Assembly: GCA_050230475.1 (NCBI GenBank)
Contig: JBFLGF010000127.1
Location: forward strand, 1 to 64,000
Reading direction: 5' to 3'
Source: Ancylonema sp.
Taxonomy: Eukaryota
DNA: 64,000 bases
Positions 1 through 13,500 of the stretch are shown here, in pieces (position 1 is the stretch's first letter; every line of letters starts with the position of its first letter). The notes beneath the pieces are model-generated. The model saw only the letters and a list, made by a program, of their open reading frames with translations. It was not told the DNA's origin and made no database searches. A program made the position numbers and the translations under genes.

Positions 1-11
1 TTGTGGTTCAG

Positions 12-1607
12 GCATCGCCACCAGCACTGGCATGGGCGCGATAACCGCTGCCGTCCTCTCCGTGTGCAGCAGCGGAGACTGTGTTCTCTCCCAACCCGAC
101 CCCTACGGCGGCACTCTGGCTTTGCTAACCAATGATCTCAAACGGTTCGGGGTTCAAGTCCAGTTCCGAGACATCACACAACCTGAGGAGTTGGAGGCCG
201 CGCTTATCGAGAATCTCCCCTCCTGCGGCTACTTTGGAGACTTTAGAGCTGCGCAAAGTGGCGGAAACGAGGCCAGCAATGCGGCGAGTGGGTCAGAAGG
301 GGCCGGAATTGGGGATCTAGCAACAGTTGGGAGGGGGGGGGAAGGGGGGGCGGTTGGGGAAGGTGGGGAGGCAGAAATAGGGGAAGGCAGAAACCGTCAC
401 AGGCGGTGCGCTGTCATGGTCGAAACTATTTCGAATCCGCTTCTGAGAGAGGCGGATGTGGGCGCCCTGTCTGCTCTCTGCCGGAGATTCGGCGCAGTGC
501 TGATTGTGGATAACACGTTTGCCACGCCCCTGAGGTGCAAGCCCCTCCAAGAAGTGAGCAGAGCATCCCCAGTGCAGGCACAGCATACGGGGGTTTCTGG
601 TTCGTTATGCCGGGTTTTCGTGGGTTTTTGGTGTGCTAAAACCCCGGCAATGCCCCCGAAGTCGACCTGATGCTAACTGCTCCGCATCCCTCCAGGGCGC
701 AGATCTGGTGGTCCACAGCGTCACAAAGTTCCTGGGGGGGCACAGTGACTTGATGGCCGGGGCAGTGGTAGGGTCGCGGGCGGCAATCTTGCCAGCTCAG
801 CAGCTGGCGAATCGGATGGGGCTGCTAGCTGCCCCGCTCGACGCTTGGCTGGCAGTGAGGGGGATAAAGACTCTGCAGGTGAGGGGAGCATTGGCGTTGG
901 GGTAAATTTAGGGTTTCTGGAATTTAGGGTTCATTGCCAACTGTGGCAAGGTCTAGGGAGGTGTTGAAATTTGAGAACTAATGGGGTGGTTGAGCTGTTA
1001 TACATTTCACTATCTGCATTGGAATCGAAGTCCTGGTGTGAAAGATGGCTGGAGGGGTACGGAATGTGATTGATTTGTGGACTGAAATGGTTGGCCGCCT
1101 TTTGCATGCCAGCTCGTTACATTGTAATGACTACTATCGGCATTGACGACCTGGCTGTGCGCTTTGTTTATTGAGTTCCTACATGAGATTGAATGGTCGG
1201 ATTCTCCCCATCTCATACGTGGTTGGCTACAGGTTCGAATGGAGCGCTCGTGGAAGAGTGCAGAGGCCTTGGCGACGATGATTAAACGCCACACAAGCGT
1301 CCTCCGTGTGAACGCAACCTCGAAGTGTTCCGTCATTTCATTCGAAGTCGAGAATGGGTTCGAGGGTGCAAACGCAGCCGTCAAGGCGTTTCAGATGATC
1401 ACTTTGTCTCCCAGTCTAGGGGGGGTAGTGAGCACCGTATCGCATTCGGCCACGTCATCAAACAAGAGCCAATCGGTGGAGGAGAGGTTGAGAGTGGGAG
1501 TGACAGATGGGCTCTTGAGGTTAAGCGTGGGATTAGAAGACGTGGAGGACATTTGGAGGGATCTAGAGCACGGAATAAGGGCTGCTGCGGAAACTGTCAC
1601 AGAGTAG
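12..1607 (+). CDS. Cys/Met-metabolism PLP-dependent enzyme (cystathionine gamma-synthase/gamma-lyase/methionine gamma-lyase family), 3' part; exons 12-553, 696-878, 1233-1607; 5' end is upstream of the window
   Basis: Family motifs in order: [45 protein letters not shown] (PLP lysine), [25 protein letters not shown] introns 554-695 and 879-1232 keep the frame; TAG stop at 1605-1607. Confidence 0.92.
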
Positions 1608-3893
1608 AGAGACGGCCTCGCCAATATTGTGGCGATTACGACCCGCGAAGAGATTTTTGAAAGTATGACGATGAGTATCTAGATACGTAGCATGCGCATG
1701 GCATAATATGCACAGTATGCGCGTATGCGCACCACATAGCGTATATTTGTAGCATATAGCATGTACATGATGTACATACCGAAGCTTGTTATATTCTTGC
1801 CAAAAGGGTGCCACACTTTGTACAAGTGCGCATGTGTGTCTACCAACTTTTGCGACCGAAGTGATAACTTCTCGAGGAGTTTTGTGTGCAGCATTGTCTC
1901 GTTTTGGTCCATTAACCGTGATATTCAATATTTATTGACGTGTCTAGCAACACCACCTATCTACTCAGAAGTATGACCAAACACATGATAGTCATAGAAT
2001 ATTCGAAGTTGTTGGCACATGCCATTTTTTTCTCGATCACTAAGTCTGAGTTTGGGTTACAGAGAGATATATGTCATGCCTGATTCGCTATGACCAAGAA
2101 GGCGATACATGATGTCAGTGCGTGTCGCAACAAGACATTCGTAAGTTCCTTGTGTCCAAGGTCGATTTCAATGCCAAGCACATTAATTTACGATGTCGTG
2201 TCATTGGCTAACAACTTTGTTTTTTGAAATGTAGTACATTTGGTGCTCATGCCAATGGCACATAGCTCCTTTGAACCATCGATGGCTTGAAGGAGGTATA
2301 CTTTTGTTATTTGTTTAAGATGACTTTATTAATGTCGGACAATATAAGATTGCGTGCCTTTGTGGCAACATATTGGGGGAATGCGTGAATGTGTCTATAT
2401 AGTGAAATGGTAGAAGTGCGGGTGGTCGTGCCCAAACGATAATTTGGTATTTGCAGTACCATTATAATTTGGCATGTGTCGTGCAAGACGCATTTATCAA
2501 TCAAGATTCGCTTTGCAGTAGAAGGCCTTAGTTATTGAAGAATGCCGTAATTACTCTGCCCTTTGCGGCAACATTCCCAAAGGAACGCTCCCAACAAGGC
2601 AGGCTGTTGTAGGTCCACATACGTCTTTGATGCAATGAATGAGTACAACGACTCATAATGGAGGCATTGTTGTTGTCAAGATAAGTTGCCACTTGTTCAC
2701 GACAAGTATCAGGGTGCTGCATTGTTGAATCGTGAATTTAGAAAGCTTAAGATGGCAATGCAGCTAGACGGCAGTAGGGTAGGAGATGTTTCGTGTCAAC
2801 CATGCACTGTCTCCTAGCTATTTGGGTGTTGTCGGTTAGAGAATACTTGGCTAGGAAGCGATTAGCAAGTATATTTGACGGCAAGCTATATTTATTGCGC
2901 CGCAAAACGATTGTAGACAGCTAGGCACCGAGCAACTATACAAAATTGTAATCTTTGTGCACATATCTTATTCGATCTGTGTACACCTTGGGAACCGCAA
3001 TCAAATTCACTCTAGAAATATTGTGTAACCTGAATCCGAGTTCGGCTAGTCTATGTGAATCATTTATGCATTCAAGATTTTTTTATGCATTCAGTATCGA
3101 TCGATTGTAATTTGAAGTACACTCATACATTTAAGCTTCGAGCACTTTACGCTCAGACCAAGGCAATGCCTGGCCTCAGGTAGACTTAGAAAATAGTATT
3201 TGGTGTGCTTTATAAACTTGTTAAGTGTGCACAATAGCCATTTGTCATCGCGCAAGAGCATAATGCGGATCTCGACTAGATCTTGTAACACGTGTGTACG
3301 GACGCGTGTGAAGTGTCGTGAGTAGCTTCTTGCACATGTGAAGTGTAGTTAACGATGATGTTCGTTATAACCATAGGATGGCACAATGCTAGACGGCACG
3401 ACATCATTACATGCCGTCACAGCGTCTTGTTGGACATTCCATGTTGAATTTCTAGGTAAAATTGTAAACATACTTCTCCTCTAGTTTTGTACGAGCGATG
3501 ATTGTGTTTGCGTGAGCACTCATTGTTTCAAATATGGGAAGGTTGGGCATACGGTTTACATTTATCCATATCGGCGTGGAGATTTCAGTAACATATCGAC
3601 TAGGGAAGCTAATACGCACGCTACGACACCATCTATGGAGGTCTAGTACTTGCCTATGGGATTTTTGAATGATAGAGGAAAGGGACCAACGATAGCTATG
3701 GCTCTCATTGATCCGAGTGTATTTAGGGCTGGTTTCCATCGTGAATCCAAAAAAAAACAACATGCATTGCATCGTTTGGCAATTGTTGTGTAACCCACGG
3801 CATCGTATTTGAGCATCATGAATATGGAGAGCAAAGGGGGCTGGTAAGACGAGCAAGCACTCTATTAGAGGAAATATGAGTTAATGCTTATAA

Positions 3894-3955
3894 AAACCTA
3901 AGTCGAAAAAACTTGAGTTGAAATAAACCTAGGTTGAAATAAACCTAAGTTGAAA
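3894..3955. repeat. Short tandem repeat, about 4 degenerate copies of AAACCTA(G/A)GTTGAAAT
   Basis: Read directly: aaaacctaagtcgaaaaaacttgagttgaaataaacctaggttgaaataaacctaagttgaaa. Confidence 0.7.
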
Positions 3956-5170
3956 GACATCCTTAAATATCCTTTAGTAGAAAAAGTCTCTTAGGTTACA
4001 CAGTGTTATACCGCACCTAAATAGACCATGGGGGGTTCATACTAAATTTGCAAAAAAATAACGAGAATCTTCGAAACCGCAATTCGCAACGTATATATTT
4101 CAATTTCAACTACCTATATACGACAAATACTAGCGTCGTTTCCCTACAATCTCTTACACCACAACATTCTCTATGTCTGGGTATCTTTGCTTCACAATTG
4201 ATAATGTCGGACTACACATCTAACAATGAACAACGGGTGTGTAGGAATAGGTTGTCTATTTGCCTTAGTTCCTAGTCCGGCATTGTTAATCCGGTCGAAA
4301 TGGTAGTCCGGACGCATGTTAGTCGATACTTCATGTCTATTGGTCTATGTGCATGTCGGCGTGAGTTATTGAATGTGTGGATTGTAAAGTCAGGTGTAGA
4401 CTCCTGATTGGTGCATTAGATAACGTTATATGTTGCATGCTCATGACTCATTCATTTGTATTGGTGAAGTAGACGTGGGCGCGGATCTGAGTAGGTCGAC
4501 TCATTTTTGTGTCTAGCGGAACTTGCCCAAGGTCAGACTTTTGGACCTTGGGAATCTAATTATCATACTAGCAATTCATGGCGTTCAATCTGATTGAAGT
4601 GTGCATGTTCAGTGTATGGGCACTGGTGTGAAACAGTATTCGTGTGATAGAAATCCGCAAGAGATGGATTTATCAGGGTGAGTGTTTCTTGTATTGATAT
4701 CAAATTTACAAGCATTTATAATAGATTGGTTTACAAAACACACTCTGACACTTCATCATTCACTCTGACATCCATATGTTATCAATCGCTGTACGTTCGA
4801 TCGAAAGCACATGTGTGGGACATCTAATCAAGATCAATCGCCATACTCGATGACATTTCCAAATTTACGAGCAATGTGCATGGTAGAATACAAATGAGTA
4901 TCTGCGACATTTGCATGCTTGGAATCCGGTTTGTGTTTAGGAGAGCTTGAACCATACTTTGCACAGCCGGTTCCGACTATGATAGGTGACCCAATGAAAA
5001 ATATTTTTGACGAGGGTGAAAAAGTGAAGGAACCCAGATTCGGTCAAAATCTTAACGTGTTTCGAATTCACGTTCGGAGACGGTTCAGAAACGCCCCTAG
5101 TTCGGTACCGCTCTACTATTGGAGCATGGGGTGAATGCGTGTGTCACCTAGGTACATTGTTCCGGCATCA

Positions 5171-5611
5171 CATAGTTGCACGATACGCGTATCGCATCGA
5201 TTACGTTTCCAATCCGATACGGCCTGATACGACGACACAACCCATGTCGTAGAGCAACGATATGCGTATTGTAACGAACACGCGATACGCGTGTCCTGCC
5301 AAACCTTTTTACATGGGGCAAATGTACATGAAAAACCAAGCGTTACGACGAGTAATGTCCGTTATAACGAAAATTTATTCATGCTTCAAAAAAATACCAA
5401 AATTGCCGATTTTTTTCCCCTTCTTTCTTTTTTCCTCGGGAATGGGACACGAGCCGTATCGTATCCTATCGTATCGGACACCGATACGCGTATCGAGGCA
5501 AACTAAAAATTGAATGACATATCGAGCCGTATCGCTCTATCGCCATATCCTCGTATCCTCGTATTGGATACAGCGTATCAGAGGGTCAAAGTGCCATATC
5601 GTGCAACTATG
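5171..5611. mobile_element. MITE, hAT-like (441 bp)
   Basis: Perfect 15-bp TIRs CATAGTTGCACGATA (5171-5185) and TATCGTGCAACTATG (5597-5611); many internal CGTATCG/CGATACG motifs; 8-bp flanks cggcatca/cgtcaaaa match only 5/8; related copy at 60160-60518. Confidence 0.75.
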
Positions 5612-5613
5612 CG

Positions 5614-7010
5614 TCAAAACATGTTGTATACGTAAGTTATCGATCGAGGCACACATTGCCCTCCGTTTAACGTCCATATATGATGTGTCCACGCTCTCCA
5701 GTAGTGCAGAATCCATGTATTGCACTCCTCATTTTAAGGTTACTGAGTGTCCACGGCATTGATACATTTCTATTTAAAAGTTAAGTTCAACGCATGACTA
5801 CCTTCGGTCGTTACCCAGTGTTATGGGGTAGGCCTCTGGACGCAACCCTGAAGTGCACCATCTGAAGAGCAAAGAAGCGGATCGCATAGTACAGCTGCTT
5901 GATTGCTTTCGCTACTTGGAATGACATCGTGTTTGTGGAGGTTGAACTTTTGGAACCAACGTCCAGACTGGTCAGCACTTCCAGATATTTCCCCCTTCGT
6001 ATGTCGGATTGGCGCCATTGTTATCCCCTCTTCGCAGTTCGGATTGGCGCCATTGGTAGGAATTACTTGCCAGTCTCGTTGACTGGGTTCCATTACCTGC
6101 CATAATCACCGACATATTCACCGACTGGCGGTCCTCCGTACGATGATAGACGTACAGACGATAAGACGAAATCGATATTGAGTAATGATCTAAACCGTCC
6201 AACATGTGTTTTTTCTTCAGATATCTGAAAACGACAAACGTCATTAAAAAAAATTGACGCCTTCCTCGATACCCTGCCAGACCTGTCCAGATTCATCTCA
6301 GCAAGGCGCTTGGACAACTCAGGACAACAGACACTGGCGTGGGAACTAATGTCTCTATGCCCAAGTACTGTACCGTACCCTGCGCTCGCACATTGCCGTA
6401 GCAGCTCCTGTAGACTTGGTGCCATGAAATCATTGGGAAGCCGTCTGTACATGGTGATTGTGGCTGCTCTCTTGCAGGGAATTTCTGCTTCCGATTATGA
6501 TTTTGAGGGACTTCATAGCTGCTTTCCGAGCGATTACATGCGAGTAGCCTCGCCATGTGACCGTAAGCATTATCTGAATGATTTTTCGTGTCGCTTTCCA
6601 AGGTCGGGGGTATCCAGCTGACTGGCATGTAGCCCAATATATGGCTTTGTGCGCATATAAAATCATATATCTGCTGCAACCCTAGGGGCTCATAAAAATC
6701 GAATGCAGGGGTATTTTTATCGGTGTGAGTCGGTAAAACCTTGTCAGGTCACTAGTTGTCTCTCTGAAGTCAGCAGTGAGGCCGTTCGGGATGTTCGATT
6801 TAACGGACCCGGAAGTTTTAATACTGGTGAATAAATCAGTTACCGGCTTGTCGCCCCTAAAACTCTTCCCCAGCCTCCCCCGACGTACAATAATCACCAC
6901 GCGAGTAGTAGTTGACAGACCGTACACATCCATACTCGGACAGCTGCTTCGTTGGCTTCTGAGGAGCCACCTAGTCGTTATGCATTCATCATCACCGTTT
7001 TCCTGACTCA
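5614..7010 (-). pseudogene. Heavily decayed transposase, Plavaka-like (boundaries approximate)
   Basis: Across frameshifts: IPNGLT...TSDLT...PLHSIFMS-LG...HILGYMPV...CTDG...GIEEGV. The order resembles Plavaka transposase LP.GAT...SD.T...PVY.TLGN...LIGYLP...C.DG. Motif recognition only. Confidence 0.4.
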
Positions 7011-8659
7011 TCTATCACCCCATTACAACACACCAACTGGTCGTATGAAATCATCCGGCACCGACATTTGATGACTTTCGGTGCACGTACTGATTTATAT
7101 TTCGACAAGGCGGGGGATATATTTCTCTTTCCTCATCTGTCCTTTCACTCTCATCATCCTCAAACCATTACCCACTGATTCCGTACACTGAGTCCGTACA
7201 CCTCAGCTCTCCCCTCCATTCCCCTCCACTTCCCTCAGCTGCCACCAATACTCGAAAGATGTGGCAGAGCTGACTCACTTTTGAGGTGCAGCGCAACTGC
7301 TCGGATCCCTTCACTCTCGCCGACGCCGCGGGTGGATACACCGAACCATGTGGTCAGTGGCACGACACTGATTCTGTAGGCAGTCAAACCTCGATACAGT
7401 CACATCCTTGACAGGGATGTGACTGTCTAAAGACACATCCGAGCTGGGATTGTGAAGCGGACGTTGGGATGCCCTTTGTTGCCAGAGGGCTAGGAGTAGA
7501 CTGTGGCAGAGCTGACTCAGCGATGACGTGGAAGTTGCTGACGTGGCAGCGCTGATGTGGCGGCAGGGTGTACCCCGGCGGACTACGTGGCGGACTACTC
7601 GTTGAACCACGACACCCAGATGTGCGAACTCACGTTCACACCGAAGAGTGAGTGGGGGCAGCTGATGAGAAACCGGGGGGTATGATCGAAAAAGAGATCA
7701 TAAAGTGGAAAAGTGAAAAAAAAGTGGATCAGTCAATGTGCATTCGCATGCACACGTAGACAAAAGGGGGAGTCAAACCCACCCTGAACCCAAAGCACCG
7801 AACACGCCAGCAATTATTAGGAACTGATAGGGTTTTTCCTGGTTTTTCTACATACTTATTAAAGGAGAAGAAGAAAAGTTCGGTCGTACTGGTGCTGGGA
7901 AAAGGTGGATGGTATGACTCGATTTTTTTTATAAACGGTCAAAAATAGCATAGCATTTGCTCTGGCATGGTTCAGAGTGGCACTGCATGCTTTTTCTTAT
8001 GCTCTAAATCGTTATATATGACAACGATTCGGACGGATGAAAGCAAGCAGAACAAACATAACAAAAACGAATTCATCTCTGTCTCAAACCGATACTCTTG
8101 ACAACAATGTGAGGTTTCATCAATCAGGTTTTACCACAATATTCAGAGGCAAAAAAAGAAAAACAAGAAAGAAGAGGGGTTCAACCGTCATGCAGCAAGC
8201 ACATGTCTTCAGCTGGTCTCTTGCTATTGCCGCAATCATCAGCTCCCCCCAGTCCACAAAACCCAACCGACACAAATCGAGCGTCTACTGAAAGAGAGTT
8301 GCAAGAATTTTGAGCACTGCACATTCCGAATCGCCTTCCCCTCTCCATAGAGAGCCACAACAATTCATTCTCAGGAGTTTGTTTCAGTGCGCCTGTACGA
8401 TTCCATGCTTCCAAAACACATCATCAACCTGTGAGGGGGGGGGGGAGGGGGCCTCAGATTGTGTGGGCGGCAAAAACTCGGAACCGATGCAAGTGGATGA
8501 GCTCTACTGTGGTACGTACGCAAGGAAGAGAAAAGGAGGGGTGGTTCTTGTTCGTCGTTTTTGTCACTCCACCCATACCTTACTCGAAGACGAGTCCGGA
8601 TAGGGTTTAAGGGGAGGAGGAGTTGGCGTTGATAGGGGCCGCCAGGGGGGGGGCTGCAG

Positions 8660-9298
8660 AGGTGGAGAAGAAGCCGTGTGGGTTTCACAACGTACTCAGC
8701 ACGTACACACAGTGCAACGCAGACCTGGTTCCCAGTGTGGAGGTGGGGGGGATGGAGGTGGAGGGTGGGAGGGAGGGCGGGCATTCTTCTGATAAATAAA
8801 TGAAATGATATTGATCAGGAACGCTTTGAAGGGTTTTATTATTATTATTATTGTGACGTTATAACCAGTACGTGCTACATAAGCCAGGTGTTTCACCCCC
8901 CCCCTTTGGCTCTCATAAGAGGTGAGGGGGAGGGATGGACAGTCTCCAAATGGAGCTCGAACGAAAGGAATGCCATCCACTTCTCACCCCAAATGTTGGT
9001 GGCTGTCACTCCCACTTTCTCGGAAGTTTCGCTTTTGTCCGTGTGCGTTATCTGAGCGTCCTCTCCCTGCCAGGTCATCTTCTATTTTGACAACACCTGC
9101 AACCCCAACGCCCCCGGCTCAGTGCACCTCCCCCCCAGCAACTACATCCCCTGCGGTGGGCACCCCATCCCCCTCCCCCTCCCCCTGCCTTGGTATCCAT
9201 AGCTCAACCTGGGGGCGCGTGGAGTGCCCTCCTGTGAAGTGGATGTGTGCATGCATGTGTCTCATGTGCACCTCTATATATATGTATGTCTATGTATG

Positions 9299-9340
<42 letters not shown>

Positions 9341-10536
9341 TATATATATATATGTCTATGTATGTCTATATGTATATATATATATGTATGTGTGTGTGTA
9401 TATGTGTGTACACATCAAACTATGTGCATACATACATACACACGTGTACACTCATCCGTATGCCTCTGATGGCAACAGACCTCCCCTGCGAGGAGGGGTC
9501 AGTGCTGGATGGAACGGAATGCGCCGTCTGCCCAGAGGGTCAGTGCGCCCACAAACGTAAACCCTAAGCTGTGAGTGTGAGCCCCGAAACTTCAACTCCG
9601 GACCCCTGAACCCTCTCAGGTGCCTTCAGCATGGGTGGGGGCGTCCGGTTGGAGGGGTTCGCCTCCATGGACCCCGCTCTGTTCAAGGTTGGGGGGGGGG
9701 AGGTGGATGATGCCTAGGGTTTATCGCAATCAACTTTCGGCTTTCAGTTTAGGGTTCGGGTTTCGGGGTTTGAGTGCAGGGTTAGGGTTTATGATAGCGT
9801 GGGATTATGGGCATTCGGGTTTTGAGTTTATCAATTCCTTGTTCGGGATCTGGGGATTTGGGGTTTTGTGTTCAGACTTCGTGCGTGTTCCGCAACGACT
9901 CGTGGCAGATGACCAACGGGACGAAGACCACCGCTCTGCAGACCTGCGAGCCGTAAGCCAATGGCAGCGCAGTCTCGCACGCTCCAAGCCCTATCCTCCC
10001 CACCCTCTGACCCTGCCATCACTGTCCCTTGCCAGGTGGCACGAGGCGGGCGGCAAGCTGCAAGCCGGCCCCTACAACACGGCCAATGATTGGTTCCAGG
10101 ACGAGTGCTACGCCAACCCCGCCCACGGCTGCCACAACAGCCTCACCTCCAGCCTGATCATGCAAGTGAAGCTGGTGCGACCCGGGTACGTGCGGTTCAA
10201 CTACACAGTTAACGCGGAGAAGGGGTACGACGGCCTCACCTTCACCATCGATCAGGGGACGCATCCCGAGCTGGGGCTGGTGTCCTTTGAGGTGATGACA
10301 GCTGGCGACCTGGGGGTGGGGGNATCAGTGCACCTCCCCCCCAGCAACTACATCCCCTGCGGTGGGCACCCCATCCCCCTCCCCCCCCCCCCCTGCCTTG
10401 AGGGCGTGGAGTGCCCTTCTATGAAGGGGATGTGTGCATGCATGTGTCTCATGTGCACCTGTATATATATATGTATGTGTGTATATGTATATATATAAAT
10501 ACCTGTATGTCTATGTACATATATATATATATATAA

Positions 10537-10579
<43 letters not shown>

Positions 10580-13500
10580 TGTGTGTGTGTGTTTGTGTAT
10601 GCATGCACACATCAAACTGTGTGCATGCATACGTATCCACGTGTACACTCATCGTGCCGCGCGGGTCCCTTTGGTGATGACAGACCTCCACTGCGAGGGG
10701 GGGTCGGTGCTGGATGGAACGGAGTGCTCCGTCTGCCCAGAGGGTCAGTGCACCCACAAACCCTAAACCCTAAACCTTAAACCACAAACCCTGAGTATCA
10801 GCCCCGTAACTCTCCCTCCGGACCCCTGAACCCTGGCAGGTGCCTTCAGCATGGGGGGGGGCATCCGGTTGGAGGGGTTCGCCTCTGTGGACCCCGCTCT
10901 GTTCAAGGTGGGGGCAGGGGGGGGGGGGTGATTCCTGGGGTTTAGCGCAACCAACTTTCGGCTTTGAGGTTAGGGTTCCGGTCCGGGGTTTGAGTGCAGG
11001 GTTAGGGTTTATGACGGTACGGGATCAGGAGCATTCGGGTTTTGAGCTTGTCCATTCTTTGTTTGGGACCTTGGGTTTGGGGTTTTGGGTTCAGACTTCG
11101 TGCGTGTTCCGCAACGACTCGTGGCAGATGGGCAACGGGACGAAGACCACCGCTCTGCAGAACTGCGAGCCGTAAGCCAATCGCAGCGCAGCCTCGCACG
11201 CTCCCAGCCCTCTCCTCCCCACCCTCTGACCCTGCCATCATTGCCCCTTGCCAGGTGGCACGAGGTGGGCGGCAAGCTGCAAGCCGGCCCCTACAACAAG
11301 GCCAACGATTGGTTCCAGGACGAGTGCTACGCCAACCCCGCCCACGGGTGCCACAACAGCCTCACCTCCAGCCTGGTCATGCAAGTCAAGCTGGTGCGAC
11401 CCGGGTACGTGCGGTTCAACTACACGGTTAACGCGGAGAAAGGGTACGACGGCCTCACCTTCACCATCGACCAGGGGACGCACCCCGAGCTGGGGCTGGT
11501 GTCCTACGAGGTGATGACACCTGGCGACCTGGGGGTGGGGGATGGGGGGGCGGGGGGACTGACGGGTGGGCACGTTCGTTATACGCAGTTCACGCCGAAG
11601 CAGGCGATATTCGATTTAGAGGAGGGGTACCACACGCTGACGTGGNAAGACCTACTCCTGGCTGCAGCCCCAGATCTGCATGCCCACGTCTGACACACAG
11701 CTGCCGGCGCCCCTCATCGAAGCGTGCCGTGAGTGACAGGTGGCGCACCGGGGATGCACGCATGCGGGACTGACACCTTGCCCCTATCAGCTCCCTGTCC
11801 TCCCGGAAGCATCGCGGCCCTCAACACCACAGACTACACCAGATTGTGCCGCCTGTGTCCTGCGGTACGATCACACGATTAGAGATAGGAGGGAAGGGGG
11901 GGGGGGGTTTGGGGTGTTTTTGTTCCATACCCCCTTTTCTGCCCCGTCCGCCGACCTGCCCCTCTCCCCCCTTTCCCCCCCCCAGGGCCAGATCAGCCCC
12001 CCCACCCTGAGCGAGTGCCAGACCTGTCCTCTGGGCGAGGCCGCGGTGCGTGTGCTGACCATGGCGCACTTCGAGATGGGCAACGGGGCGCTGCCGGACG
12101 GGTTCTACACGGGCTGCAGCGGGGACTGCGGGTCGCCAGGCTGGCGGGCACTGAACGAGGACATGGACTCGGGGGACAGGCATGGCAGCTCTGCGTCAGT
12201 AAGCAGAGGGGTCGAGGGCCGAGGGTGGGTGGGCAGGTGGGTGACGTGCGGAGGGGGATGGGGGTTTGGGGTTGGCAGGTGTGGCTGGGTCTGAATGTGA
12301 GCGTGGAGATGGACGGGGAGGTGTGGTTCAACTACAGCGTCGACATCCCCCTGGAAGACTCCCAGCGAGGCTTCTTCTTCTACATCGACGACACCCTCAC
12401 AGACAGCGTGCTGGTAACCTACCGCTCCTCGCCAGGTGGCAGCTGGAAGACGGGAGAAGCACTGGACCCCATCCCACATTCCCCCCCCTCAGGCTGGTGA
12501 TCTGGGCGAGAGTGCAATCCAGGGCACTCCTGCCGTGAGCGGGCCGTGGGCTCTCGCCCGCGGGGCCCACACCCTCATGTGGAACTACGTGAAGGTGGCA
12601 GCAGACCCCAACTACGCCGTGCGCGACAACGCCATCATCTACGACATCGAGATACGGGGGGAGGACCGGGGGGGGGCGGAGGGATGCGAACTCATCCCAC
12701 CTGGGGCGCAGAACCTGCGGCGACTACACCACCTCCCTCGCCAACTCCACCTCCTGCGTCATGGGTGACGTCAGCAACCCAGAGGCGTACTGCTCCGTGG
12801 TGTTGAAGTACGAGCAGCCCCTGTCGAACGGGGAGGAGTGGGTGGTGTACGAGCTGGCGCCCCTCGACCGCGTGCACCCGGGGGAGATGTTCGGCCCTGT
12901 GTACGAGAACAGGACAAAGCACGAGCGCGAGAACGAGCCGCGCTACTGGATCAACCCGTGCGCGCAGCTCAAGGAGAACAAGACGTGTGTGGACTTCGGG
13001 GGGCAGCCTCTGGACACGTACATCTGCCGGGTGTGGGGGCGGACCGCGTTCGACACCTCTCTGGGCGGCCACAGCCCCGCCCACTCTCTGGGAAGCCCTT
13101 ACAGGCACACCTCAGCACGCTGCCTCTCACCCCACCCCCCTCTCTGCAGCCTGCAATGTGGCTGTGGACGCCACTGTGGCCTTCAGCAAATGCGGAGCCA
13201 CTCTGCACAACAGAACCAAGACCTACTCCTGGCTGCAGCCCCAGATCTGCATGCCCACGTCTGACACACAGCTGCCGGCGCCCCTCATCGAAGCGTGCCG
13301 TGAGTGACAGGTGGCGCACCGGGGATGCACGCATGCGGGACTGACACCTTGCCCCTATCAGCTCCCTGTCCTCCCGGAAGCATCGCGGCCCTCAACACCA
13401 CAGACTACACCAGATTGTGCCGCCTGTGTCCTGCGGTACGATCACACGATTAGAGATAGGAGGGAAGGGGGGGGGGGGTTTGGGGTGTTTTTGTTCCATA

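Larger units (their letters stand above)
9119..11540. repeat. Diverged tandem duplication of five ELAPOR exons and their introns (9119-10322 vs 10325-~11540), joined at an N (10323)
   Basis: Same exons and introns in both copies, with scattered substitutions and different (AT)n tracts. Confidence 0.9.

Noticed and set aside
1700..5150. Short ORFs in the AT-rich intergenic region as a possible gene or transposase
   Set aside because: No recognisable motifs or consistent exon chain; probably old repeat debris that I cannot classify.
8037..8603. ORFs upstream of ELAPOR as its signal-peptide exon
   Set aside because: No convincing hydrophobic leader with an in-phase donor, so the first exon is left unassigned.
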